The translations under genes and the position numbers were made by a program. From Candidatus Saganbacteria bacterium (lineage in GTDB: Bacteria; Margulisbacteria; WOR-1; O2-12-FULL-45-9; XYB2-FULL-48-7): a DNA stretch of 64,000 bases. Each line of letters starts with the position of its first letter. Position 1 is the stretch's first letter. Where the stretch lies: positions 23,090-87,089 of the forward strand of contig JAFGHC010000019.1 of NCBI GenBank assembly GCA_016939335.1, read 5' to 3'. Shown one piece after another: positions 40,914 through 48,703 of the stretch. The notes under the pieces are model-generated. The model had not been told where the DNA came from. It worked only from the letters and a program-made list of their open reading frames with translations, and did not search any database.

Positions 40914-43214
40914 TCAATTGAGGACGATTATTTTCCCGCGGGCAATGACCTTCCTGTCGGCGGTGATCTGGTAGAGATAGACCCCGTTGGCCACGCTGCC
41001 CCCGAAGAGGTCGTAGCCGTTCCAGGCCGGGTTATTCGCGCCGGCTTTGCCGCCGTTTTCCCCGGCGGCGTAACTCTTCTGCCAGACCAGATGGCCGTTG
41101 AGGTCGAACAGGTAAATTACCGCGTTGAAGTTCCCCCGCAGGCTGTAATTAAAGGTCGTTTCCGACGTTCCCGCCGAGCTGGAACGGACGAACGGGTTCG
41201 GCAGGATATAAGTCAGCGGCAGCGAACCGACCGGCTCGACCTCTTTGGTCGGGGCCGCGGCCAGGATCGTGACGGTCAGCGCTTCGCTCGAAACGTTCCC
41301 CGCCCTGTCAACCGCGGTCAGCCGCAGGGTGTAAAGCCCGGTCAAGCCGGAAGTTTCCCAGGCCGCCAGAGCGTCGGCCGTAACCGCATTATAGAACGTG
41401 CCGACAGTTTGATAGCTAGCCGGGCTGGCTCCGGCGCCGTATTCGACGGTATAATGGTCAAAATTGGCGTCCCGGGCCGTGCCGCTGACCGTGGTCGCGC
41501 CCTGGACCGACGCGCCGGCGGCGGGCGAGGTGATCTGCGCTTCGGGGGCCTCGTTGTCAACGGTCACGTCATTGCTGGCTTCCAGCGTGGAGTTATCGCT
41601 GGCGTAAACCCGCAGGCGGAGAGTGAAGGCGCCGTTGCGCCCGGCGGTGTTCCAGGCCGCCAGTGTGCCGCTTTCGACCGAGGCCGTGCTGGTCGCGATC
41701 ACCGTGTCGAGGGCGCCGCCGGAGAGCGCGTCAACCTCATAACTGGCAAAGTTCCAGCCGCCGGCCTCACCGCTGATCGCGACCGTTCCCCTGACAAACG
41801 CGCCGCTGGCCGGCGCATTAATGTCGGCCACCAGCCCTTTCAGCGCCCGGAAAACGTTGATCCGGCCCGTGCCGAGTTTGCCGGCATAACCCGGGTTTAG
41901 GCTGTCAATATCATCGGCAAACGCCTTGATCTCGTCAATTACCTGCTGGCTGGTCAGCGCGGGAAAGACCGCCTTAACCAGGCCGACCAGGCCGGCGGCA
42001 AAGGGGCCCGCCAGCGAAGTCCCGTTCCAGCCGCCGGAATAACTGCCGTTCATGTCGGTGGTGTAAATGCTCGTGCCGGGGGCGCTGACATCGACCCAGG
42101 CGGCGTAATTGGAGGCCTGCTGTTGGCCGGTGTCGGGGTCGACCCCGCCCCAGACCGACCGGTGATCGGTCGAATCAACGGCCGCCACGGCCAGCACCGT
42201 CGGGTAGCAGGCCGGATAGGAGTTCCAGTCGACATTGCCGTTGCCGGCCGCCGCGACCAGGACGATCCCGGCGTCGTACGCTTCCTGGCAGCGCTCTTTC
42301 AGGCCGGCGGGGTCCTCTTCTATATATTTATCGGCCGCCTCATTGTACTGGCCGAGGCTCATATTGGCCGCAATGATATTTACTCCCGCGCTCTTTTTCG
42401 CCACCAGGTACGAGAGCGCCGCGGCGACATCGGCAATATCCCCCGTTCCGCCGCTGTCCAGGACCTTGATCGGCAGTATCTTCGCGCTCCAGTCAACGCC
42501 GGCCACCCCTTTATTATTATTGGTGACCGCCCCGATCACCCCGGAGACCGCCGTGCCATGGCCGTAATCATCGAGCGGATCGTCTGTGCCGGTGATGTAG
42601 TTCTTGGCGTCGGTCAGGTCAACTTTATTAACAAAGTCCTCGTGATTGTAATTAAGGCCGGTGTCAATGACGGCAATGATCGCCGACGCGTCGCCGGTCG
42701 TCCTGCTCCAGCCGGTGGGCGCTTTGATCTGCTCAAAGCTCGCCTTTTGCTCGACGCCATAATGAGGGTCGTTGGGCGTCAGAAAGGCCCGGACGCGCGA
42801 GTTGGGTGAAGCGGCGTCGATGTTCGCGTCTTGGCGGTATTCTTTTGCCGCCCGGGCCACATCGGTCGTCCCGGCAAACGTCAGGACATATTCATTTTCC
42901 AGGTTGCGGGCGATCGCCCGGGCGGTGGGGGTAAGTTTCCCTTCCCTCTCCAGCTGCGCGTAAATGGCCAGCGCGTCGCTGTGCAGCTGGCGAAATTTTA
43001 CGGCCTGGTATTTCGCGTTTAAAGCTTTCACCGAGGCCGCCGTGACGTTCGCGGCCCCGGCCGCCGCCACGGCTAACCCCTTCGGCAAACTGACCGTGCC
43101 GGACTTGAATTTGACGACCAGCTGGTTAGGGGCGTAGGCGGCCTGCGAAGGGAAGGTCAGACAGCCGGCGATCAAAAATGCCGTGAGATAAAGATAAATA
43201 TTTCGCGCGCGCAT
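40914..43214 (-). CDS. Secreted subtilisin-like serine protease (peptidase S8) with Ig-like domains and T9SS-type/FlgD-Ig-like C-terminal domain
   Basis: Catalytic triad contexts AVIDTGLNYNH, HGTAVSGVIGA, GTSLAGPFAAGLVGL. C-terminus is PNPF...VIYLFDLNGHLV...WNGYDLFGGSVANGVYLYQITADRKVIARGKIIVLN. Start trimmed to MRARNIYLYLTAFLIAGC (signal peptide); the long upstream extension in the track overlaps the divergent aminotransferase gene. Confidence 0.85.
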   Translation of the reverse strand: MRARNIYLYLTAFLIAGCLTFPSQAAYAPNQLVVKFKSGTVSLPKGLAVAAAGAANVTAASVKALNAKYQAVKFRQLHSDALAIYAQLEREGKLTPTARAIARNLENEYVLTFAGTTDVARAAKEYRQDANIDAASPNSRVRAFLTPNDPHYGVEQKASFEQIKAPTGWSRTTGDASAIIAVIDTGLNYNHEDFVNKVDLTDAKNYITGTDDPLDDYGHGTAVSGVIGAVTNNNKGVAGVDWSAKILPIKVLDSGGTGDIADVAAALSYLVAKKSAGVNIIAANMSLGQYNEAADKYIEEDPAGLKERCQEAYDAGIVLVAAAGNGNVDWNSYPACYPTVLAVAAVDSTDHRSVWGGVDPDTGQQQASNYAAWVDVSAPGTSIYTTDMNGSYSGGWNGTSLAGPFAAGLVGLVKAVFPALTSQQVIDEIKAFADDIDSLNPGYAGKLGTGRINVFRALKGLVADINAPASGAFVRGTVAISGEAGGWNFASYEVDALSGGALDTVIATSTASVESGTLAAWNTAGRNGAFTLRLRVYASDNSTLEASNDVTVDNEAPEAQITSPAAGASVQGATTVSGTARDANFDHYTVEYGAGASPASYQTVGTFYNAVTADALAAWETSGLTGLYTLRLTAVDRAGNVSSEALTVTILAAAPTKEVEPVGSLPLTYILPNPFVRSSSAGTSETTFNYSLRGNFNAVIYLFDLNGHLVWQKSYAAGENGGKAGANNPAWNGYDLFGGSVANGVYLYQITADRKVIARGKIIVLN

Positions 43215-43256
43215 CCGGCTTGAAGTATAACACATGTTTAAAGTATAATAAATAAA

Positions 43257-44456
43257 ATGAAAAACCTTAAGGCGCGCGCGCAGGCGGTCGTTTCTCCCGT
43301 GCTCGGCATGTATTTTGACGATTTCGAGGTCGAGCGCGGCCGGGGGACGCAACTCGTTGGCCGGGACGGGGAAAAATATCTCGATTTTGCCACCGGCATC
43401 GCCTGCACGGTGACCGGGCACTGCCATCCCAGGGTCGTGGCCGCGATCAAAAAACAGGCGGAAAAGCTGCTGCACATCTGCATCGGCGTCGCCTATTACG
43501 AGCCGTACGTCAAACTGGCGGAAGAGCTGCAGAAGATCGTGCCGATGAAGGGGGCGCAGTCGTTCTTCTGCCAGAGCGGGACCGAGGCGGTCGAAGCCGC
43601 CCTCAAGCTGGCGAAATACGCGACGAAAAAACCGGGGATCATCGCTTTTCAGGGCGGGTTCCACGGCCGCACGCTCGGCTCGCTTTCGGTCACGACCTCA
43701 AAAATGAAGTACCGGGACGGTTACGAGCCGCTGCTGCCGGAGGTCTACATCTCCCCGCTCGATCCGCAAGCCGTGGCCGGGCTGATCGCCAGCCACGAGA
43801 TCGGCGGGATGATCATTGAGCCGCTGCTCGGCGAAGGGGGCTATATCGAGATCAAGCCGGAGTTCCTGCGAGAGCTGCGCCGGCTTTGCGACGAGAATAA
43901 CATTCTGCTGATCTTCGACGAAGTTCAGACGGGAATGGGCCACACCGGCAAATGGTTCGCCTGCGAACACGCCGGCGTGGTGCCCGATATCATCACGATC
44001 GCCAAGGGGATCGCTTCCGGCCTGCCGCTCGGCGCCTGCGTGGCCAAGCAGGAGATCATGGCCAAATGGTCGCCCGGCGCGCACGGCGGCACGTTCGGCG
44101 GCAATCCCGTCTGCTGCGCGGCGGCCGTCGCGACGATCGGCGTCATCAAACAGGAAAAACTGCTGCAGAACGCCACAAAACTTGGGAACTATTTAAAAGC
44201 TTCGCTGCAGCGGCTCGCGGCCCGCAACCCGCGACTGATCAAAGAGGTGCGCGGCCGGGGGCTGATGCTCGGCATTGATTTCGGCGCCAGCGAGCCGGTC
44301 AAAAAAATAATTGATTTCTGTCTCGCGCGCAAGCTGGTCCTCATCTCGACCGGCGGGGGCGGCACCGTTATCCGCGTTATCCCGGCGCTCAACATCAAAA
44401 AAGCGGAGATCGACAAGGCCCTGGCTATCCTGGCTCAAGCGCTGGCCAATGTTTGA
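43257..44456 (+). CDS. Class III aminotransferase (acetylornithine / 4-aminobutyrate aminotransferase family)
   Basis: GGFHGRTLG, DEVQTGMGHTGKWFA, PLP lysine context TIAKGIASGLP. Confidence 0.85.
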   Translation: MKNLKARAQAVVSPVLGMYFDDFEVERGRGTQLVGRDGEKYLDFATGIACTVTGHCHPRVVAAIKKQAEKLLHICIGVAYYEPYVKLAEELQKIVPMKGAQSFFCQSGTEAVEAALKLAKYATKKPGIIAFQGGFHGRTLGSLSVTTSKMKYRDGYEPLLPEVYISPLDPQAVAGLIASHEIGGMIIEPLLGEGGYIEIKPEFLRELRRLCDENNILLIFDEVQTGMGHTGKWFACEHAGVVPDIITIAKGIASGLPLGACVAKQEIMAKWSPGAHGGTFGGNPVCCAAAVATIGVIKQEKLLQNATKLGNYLKASLQRLAARNPRLIKEVRGRGLMLGIDFGASEPVKKIIDFCLARKLVLISTGGGGTVIRVIPALNIKKAEIDKALAILAQALANV

Positions 44457-44967
44457 ATATAGAGCCCTGCCCGATTTGCTGGAGATCGCCGCCGCCAAAA
44501 ATGAGCCGCCTTTTCTCCTAATTCTCGACGGGATCGAGGACCCGCACAACTTTGGCGCCATCCTGCGCACGGCCGAGGCGGCCGGCGTTCACGGCGTCGT
44601 CATCAGGAAAGCGCGGCAGGCCCCGGTGACCGAGACGGTCATCAAGGTCTCGACGGGCGCGGCGCGCACTGTGCCGGTCGCGCGCGTCCCCAACATCGCC
44701 GAGGCGGTCCGCTGGCTGCGGGGGGAATCCGTGACGGTATTTGGCCTTGAAATCGACGGCAAGAGGTTATATAATCAGCCAGACTACCGGGGGCCGGCGG
44801 CGTTTGTCGTCGGCAGCGAGGGGCAAGGGCTCGCCCGGCTGGTCAAGGAAAGATGCGACGAGGTCGTGCGGCTGCCGATGAGAGGAAGCATTAATTCCCT
44901 GAACGCGTCGGTGGCGGCGGGCATCGTGCTTTACGAGGTTCTACGGCAGAGGTTCGCAGCTGACTAA
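44449..44967 (+). CDS. SpoU/TrmH-family RNA 2'-O-methyltransferase, short form without N-terminal substrate-binding domain
   Basis: LDGIEDPHNFGAILRTAEAAGVHGVVI, VVGSEGQGL, SLNASVAAGIVLYE. The ATG at 44449 overlaps the aminotransferase stop. Confidence 0.8.
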   Translation: MFEYRALPDLLEIAAAKNEPPFLLILDGIEDPHNFGAILRTAEAAGVHGVVIRKARQAPVTETVIKVSTGAARTVPVARVPNIAEAVRWLRGESVTVFGLEIDGKRLYNQPDYRGPAAFVVGSEGQGLARLVKERCDEVVRLPMRGSINSLNASVAAGIVLYEVLRQRFAAD

Positions 44968-44991
44968 AGCACGAAGGAGGTGTTAAAAGAC

Positions 44992-45120
44992 ATGGCAGAA
45001 AAAGTCGCGAAGGTCGGCGTCAGGAAAGTCGCCGGTTACCTCTATTTCGTCGACAAGCAGGGGGATATTTCCCGCGCCAAGATGGCCCGCGGCCGGAAAA
45101 AATCCAAAAAGCGGAGATAG
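44992..45120 (+). CDS. 42-aa basic protein, copy A (MAEKVAKVGVRKVAGYLYFVDKQGDISRAKMARGRKKSKKRR)
   Basis: Below the ORF-track cutoff. RBS gaaggagg lies 8 nt upstream. A second copy with mostly synonymous or conservative changes at 52515-52643 supports that it is coding. Confidence 0.6.
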   Translation: MAEKVAKVGVRKVAGYLYFVDKQGDISRAKMARGRKKSKKRR

Positions 45121-45247
45121 TTTTTTTCTAAATAACTAGCGGTCCCGACGATCCTGTCGGGATCGTTAGTTGTTATTAATTATTTGTCGTTTATCATTTG
45201 ATTTTTGTTTTGAAGTTTGAAGTTGGAAGTTTGAGGTTGTTCCCCGT

Positions 45248-45453
45248 GGAGGGGTAGCAAAGTGGTCAAATGCATCTGACTGTTCCCGCCCTCATTAATA
45301 AATTAATAATACAGTGGAACGGCGGGATCCCGCGTACCACTATTTAAAACATTATTGTTCGCGGGAAAATCAGACGGCTTATGCCTTCGAAGGTTCTGCG
45401 CCGGATCGCCTATAAACCGCTGGCGCATCCGCCTCTGGCGGAAAATCCTTCCC
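45248..45453 (+). pseudogene. Decayed tRNA-Tyr copy split by two small insertions
   Basis: 45248-45283 equals the first 36 nt of the intact tRNA-Tyr, up to ctgactgt. 45367-45396 equals aaatcagacggcttatgccttcgaaggttc. 45443-45453 equals aaatccttccc. The acceptor 3' strand is then replaced by aacttc, so it cannot fold. Confidence 0.75.
45284..45366. mobile_element. 83-nt twin-hairpin element inserted in the anticodon loop of the decayed tRNA-Tyr
   Basis: tcccgcc-(AT-rich loop)-ggcggga directly abuts tcccgcg-(AT-rich loop)-cgcggga. The architecture and termini (tcccgNN...NNcgggatcccgNN...NNcggga) are the same as the element at 57220-57292. Confidence 0.55.
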
Positions 45454-45492
45454 AACTTCTTTTTCTGCTATAATAGATACACTTGGCGACCT

Positions 45493-45575
45493 GGAGGGGT
45501 AGCAAAGTGGTCAAATGCATCTGACTGTAAATCAGACGGCTTATGCCTTCGAAGGTTCAAATCCTTCCCCCTCCA
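45493..45575 (+). tRNA. tRNA-Tyr (anticodon GUA), class II with long variable arm; CCA not encoded
   Basis: Acceptor GGAGGGG/CCCCTCC. Anticodon arm tctga-CTGTAAA-tcaga. Variable arm cggcttatgccttc. T arm gaagg-ttcaaat-ccttc. Colinear with the E. coli tyrT architecture. Confidence 0.9.
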
Positions 45576-45736
45576 AATTCTTTATGAAGACGCTGAATAG
45601 TCGGCATATTTTCATAATATTTTCAAATTATCTTTGCCCATTACAATCATGCCTTCTAACAATTTGCTAACAAATAACAGGCCCATTACAATCGTCAAGC
45701 ATTCCTGTTCATTGGCCTGGTTTACGCAAGTTAGAT

Positions 45737-45765
45737 TTGACAACATACGATGATACCTTTAGAAT
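45737..45765 (+). promoter_or_regulatory. Sigma70-like promoter (TTGACA-17-TAGAAT) for the GNAT toxin operon
   Basis: ttgaca at 45737-45742, a 17-nt spacer, tagaat at 45760-45765. About 100 nt upstream of the ATG at 45864. Confidence 0.4.
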
Positions 45766-45863
45766 AAGCGTCCAAGGGAAGCTTTCAAGCCAATTCACGA
45801 GCACTTTGATCTGCGCTGAAATTTCTATTTTTATTGTCGATGTATATATAGGAGGGGAACTAA

Positions 45864-46034
45864 ATGGCTAAACCAATAACCCCAACACCAGTATTAGAAG
45901 AAAAAGAAGCACAATTATTTATTAAAGAAATTGATGATCCTAATGTGGCAAAGGCGTCAAAGGAAGAAGTATTAGAAGCCTATAAACTATTTGAGCGCTT
46001 AAAAAAGCAAACCGAATTCACTAATGCTCTTTGA
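45864..46034 (+). CDS. 56-aa candidate antitoxin of the GNAT toxin
   Basis: Below the ORF-track cutoff. RBS ggagggg upstream. Reads MAKPITPTPVLEEKEAQLFIKEIDDPNVAKASKEEVLEAYKLFERLKKQTEFTNAL. The stop overlaps the GNAT start by 11 nt, a classic toxin-antitoxin arrangement. It has no DUF1778-like sequence. Confidence 0.45.
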   Translation: MAKPITPTPVLEEKEAQLFIKEIDDPNVAKASKEEVLEAYKLFERLKKQTEFTNAL

Positions 46035-46572
46035 TAAGCTTAATTTCCAAAGGCTTAGCGCCCCTCCCAAAGGTTTAAGTTTTGATTGTTCGGATGAAGA
46101 TCTAAACGATTTCTTCAGTAATGCTTCTTACCCTCACCAACAAGAGTTAGTTGCGGTTACTTATCTGTTTCTCGTGAAAAACACGCATAGGGTGGCCGCA
46201 TATTTTAGCCTATTAAATGATGCCATTAAAGCAAACGCTTTCCCCGAAATTAACCAAAGCGTTCCCCCCGAAAAAAGATATCGCTCAGTTCCGGCGGTTA
46301 AGATCGCCCGCTTAGGGGTTGACAAAGAATTCCAAAGGAAGCATCTTGGAAGCGAAATTATGTCGCTACTCAAATATTGGTTTGTTTACAATAACAAAAC
46401 CGGCTGTAAGTTTATTTTGGCTGATGCATACAACAAGAAAGGCGTTATTGAGTTCTATCAAAAGAATGGGTTTACCTTTTTAACCGAAAAAGATAAAGAC
46501 AAAGAGACAAGACAAATGAAGCTTGATTTGAAACCATTTGCGTTAAGGATGAGAGAGTTGTATTTAATCTAA
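46024..46572 (+). CDS. GNAT-family acetyltransferase toxin (TacT/AtaT/KacT-like)
   Basis: FDCSDEDLNDFF..., VAAYFSLLNDAI, PAVKIARLGVDKEFQRKHLGSEIMSLL (the Q/R-x-x-G-x-G/A acetyl-CoA site) and ADAYNKKGVIEFYQKNGF. This order of blocks is typical of tRNA-acetylating toxins. Confidence 0.7.
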   Translation: MLFDKLNFQRLSAPPKGLSFDCSDEDLNDFFSNASYPHQQELVAVTYLFLVKNTHRVAAYFSLLNDAIKANAFPEINQSVPPEKRYRSVPAVKIARLGVDKEFQRKHLGSEIMSLLKYWFVYNNKTGCKFILADAYNKKGVIEFYQKNGFTFLTEKDKDKETRQMKLDLKPFALRMRELYLI

Positions 46573-46600
46573 CCTGTCTAAGGGTTAAACCAAATATAAA

Positions 46601-46628
46601 TTGACAACAACAAAATCCATATTATAAT
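46601..46628 (+). promoter_or_regulatory. Consensus sigma70-like promoter (TTGACA-16-TATAAT)
   Basis: ttgaca at 46601-46606, tataat at 46623-46628. Upstream of the small ORF at 46674 and the PIN-like gene. Confidence 0.45.
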
Positions 46629-46673
46629 TTATATGATTTTTGTTATGAGTTTAAAGGGGCTGGTGATTTATTT

Positions 46674-46808
46674 ATGAATGCGAAAGCGATAATTAAGCAC
46701 CTTGAAAAAAAGCCCGCCTCCTCTTCGAAGCTCAATAAGGTCTTGCGTAAACTATCTATACAAGAATATAGTAAGATTATTAAAAGCTCAATATTGTCAA
46801 AAAACTAG
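46674..46808 (+). CDS. 44-aa hypothetical protein (possible PIN partner)
   Basis: MNAKAIIKHLEKKPASSSKLNKVLRKLSIQEYSKIIKSSILSKN. It lies between the promoter and the PIN-like gene. No motif recognised. Confidence 0.3.
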   Translation: MNAKAIIKHLEKKPASSSKLNKVLRKLSIQEYSKIIKSSILSKN

Positions 46809-46885
46809 TCCATTCCTTGGGGTGAGATATTGGGGTAACGACTTTTGAAGAAATATGCAATAGCCTTAAGCCTATCCCAAGTGGC

Positions 46886-47476
46886 TTGAGGTTTCTTGCG
46901 GACAGTTCCTTCGTCCTTTCTGTTTTCCAGCCAACGGCACCCTTCCACACGATTTCTCTTGATTTCTTTCGCATGCTGACAAAAAATGGGAAAACTTTTT
47001 TTTGTAATATAACCACTGAGCATGAGGTTTTGGGGAACATTAGGACTGCGCTCCTTAAAGATTGGGCGAAAAAAGAGGGGTTGTTTAATGGGAAGAAGTT
47101 ACAAAGGAATCAAATTGAGTCGCGGATTATTTGCCCCGCACTAAAGAATGGCAAGAGGGCTGATTTAATAAGGCATTTAAAGACAAACATTAGCGTTGAG
47201 ATTAATAGGGTCAACCTATTATTCCCATATTTATCTTGGAATGCAATAAGTGGGCCAGCAAATAGGGGGCGGCTTAGCGTCAATAACCTCATAGAATATA
47301 TGGGTGAATATTTATTTGATTCTTCCGATGCAATGATAGCTAATTTTTCTCTTTCTAGCTCACATACAAATGGCATTGTAACCTGCGATAAGGCGTTTAT
47401 TCGCTTGAAAGACGAGGAAGAGATTTATCTTCCTGAAAAGAATCTAAAAGCCTACAAAAGAATGGCTGGCGCTTGA
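46886..47476 (+). CDS. PIN-like (VapC-like) nuclease domain protein with a large internal insertion
   Basis: Acidic residues are in the expected order: FLADSSF (first Asp), TTEHEVLGN (Glu), SSDAMIANFSL (third Asp), IVTCDKAFIRL (T-x-D-x-x-F). About 100 aa lie between motifs 2 and 3. TTG start. Confidence 0.45.
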   Translation: MRFLADSSFVLSVFQPTAPFHTISLDFFRMLTKNGKTFFCNITTEHEVLGNIRTALLKDWAKKEGLFNGKKLQRNQIESRIICPALKNGKRADLIRHLKTNISVEINRVNLLFPYLSWNAISGPANRGRLSVNNLIEYMGEYLFDSSDAMIANFSLSSSHTNGIVTCDKAFIRLKDEEEIYLPEKNLKAYKRMAGA

Positions 47477-47682
47477 TTAGAAATATTTTCTCCATAATCC
47501 GCATTAGTGTTTAGCTTGTAATCGATCTGTTTAGCCGCATTCTGCAAATGTTCGTTTGATAGGTGGGCATAGATTGTTGTTGTTTTTATATCTGTATGGC
47601 CAAGTAAGTCCTTAATGGTTAAAAGCGGAACTCCCTTATTCACCAAATGCGAGGCGTAAGTGTGCCGGAGCGTATGAAACCC
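47452..47682 (-). pseudogene. Tyrosine-recombinase (integrase) C-terminal fragment
   Basis: Reads GFHTLRHTYASHLVNKGVPLLTIKDLLGHTDIKTTTIYAHL (box II, catalytic His and Tyr). An in-frame TAG lies 9 codons upstream (47712-47710). No N-terminal or core-binding part is present. Confidence 0.75.
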
Positions 47683-47756
47683 ACAACGCCACTTGCAGAT
47701 GTGATTACTCTAATTCATAATGGCACAACCAACGACGGAAGGCCAGGCCAAAATCA

Positions 47757-48572
47757 ATGACAACAACGATAACAAATATAGCCAAGTACAAAGGGGATCT
47801 AAGCAAGCTTATAAGCGAGGGCGATTTGTTACAGATGGCTATGGAAAACGATTGCTTTCCAGAACAGATCAAAAAGCTCTGCAAAGGAGCTGGCAAAGAG
47901 TATACAGATTTAATAAAGCATTTGCCTAGTTTCTCTTCCAATTATCAAAGCTGGTATTCTGAATCGCTCGCCCTGATCAAGCAGCTACTCCATGATCGTG
48001 TAGCTGATTTTACAAGACTGTATGAAAAACCCAAGACCAAAAGAAAAGACATTACTCATGAGAACTATACTATCGAAGATTATTTGTTTGATCAGACAGC
48101 CCAGGATTGGAGCGGCCAAACAGTAGTAGGTCCCAGCGCGGCAATCCCTCGTTTCAGGCAACAATTAAACATACTCAAATCGGTCGAAAAGCGTTTTGAG
48201 AGTTCTCTTTTTGATATCAAACAATTAGTACAAGCTGATTTATTTGATACTGAACTAGAATCGGCGAAAGAATTAAACAAAAATGGTTTTGCGCGGGGAG
48301 CCGGAGCCATTGCAGGAGTCGTTTTAGAAAAACATTTATCTCAAATCAGTGACAATCATGGCGTAACAATTTCGAAGAAAGCGCCCTCGATTTCCGATTT
48401 TAATGAAAAACTGAAACAAGCGGGGATATACGAAACACCAATCTGGCGAAAGATTCAACACTTGAGCGACTTAAGAAATCTATGCGATCATAAAAAGAAG
48501 AAAGACCCCACTGAAGCCGACGTCAACGAATTAATCGGTGGCGTTGAAACAATTACTAAAACTCTTTTTTAA
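47757..48572 (+). CDS. HEPN-domain protein (C-terminal R-x4-H motif) with uncharacterised N-terminal ~170 aa
   Basis: C-terminus AIAGVVLEKHLSQI...KIQHLSDLRNLCDHKKKKDPTEADVNELIGGVE contains RNLCDH (R-N-x-x-x-H) in a helical context typical of HEPN ribonuclease domains. Confidence 0.55.
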   Translation: MTTTITNIAKYKGDLSKLISEGDLLQMAMENDCFPEQIKKLCKGAGKEYTDLIKHLPSFSSNYQSWYSESLALIKQLLHDRVADFTRLYEKPKTKRKDITHENYTIEDYLFDQTAQDWSGQTVVGPSAAIPRFRQQLNILKSVEKRFESSLFDIKQLVQADLFDTELESAKELNKNGFARGAGAIAGVVLEKHLSQISDNHGVTISKKAPSISDFNEKLKQAGIYETPIWRKIQHLSDLRNLCDHKKKKDPTEADVNELIGGVETITKTLF

Positions 48573-48648
48573 AAGCCGAGCGAGCTCGTATTCATTTTGG
48601 GCTTTCTCCCCAGAAAAGAGGGGTAAATCAAGAAGCAAAAGGTCGTTT

Positions 48649-48703
48649 CTGTAAATCAGGCGACTTATGTCTTCGAAGGTTCAAATCCTTCCCCCTCCAA
48701 ATT
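48649..48703 (+). repeat. 55-bp direct repeat of the 3' half of tRNA-Tyr (att-like island boundary)
   Basis: ctgtaaatcaggcgacttatgtcttcgaaggttcaaatccttccccctccaaatt matches tRNA-Tyr from the anticodon loop to 3 nt past its 3' end. The only 3 mismatches are all in the variable arm. Confidence 0.8.

Noticed and set aside
43215-43664. 150-codon N-terminal extension of the S8 protease ORF in the supplied track.
   Set aside because: The extension is antisense to the well-supported aminotransferase gene and is not protease-like. MRARNIYLYLTAFLIAGC at 43214 gives a proper signal peptide.
45284-45366. Group I or archaeal-type intron in a functional tRNA-Tyr.
   Set aside because: 83 nt is far too short for a group I intron. 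The insertion point is not the canonical 37/38 position. A second insert disrupts the T-loop, and the 3' acceptor strand of this copy is lost. An intact tRNA-Tyr lies 39 nt downstream.
46780-47040. Minus-strand ORFs 46780-47040 and 46805-47023 inside the island.
   Set aside because: They are antisense to the PIN-like gene and its leader, with no RBS and no motif. The plus-strand gene has a promoter and PIN-type acidic motifs.
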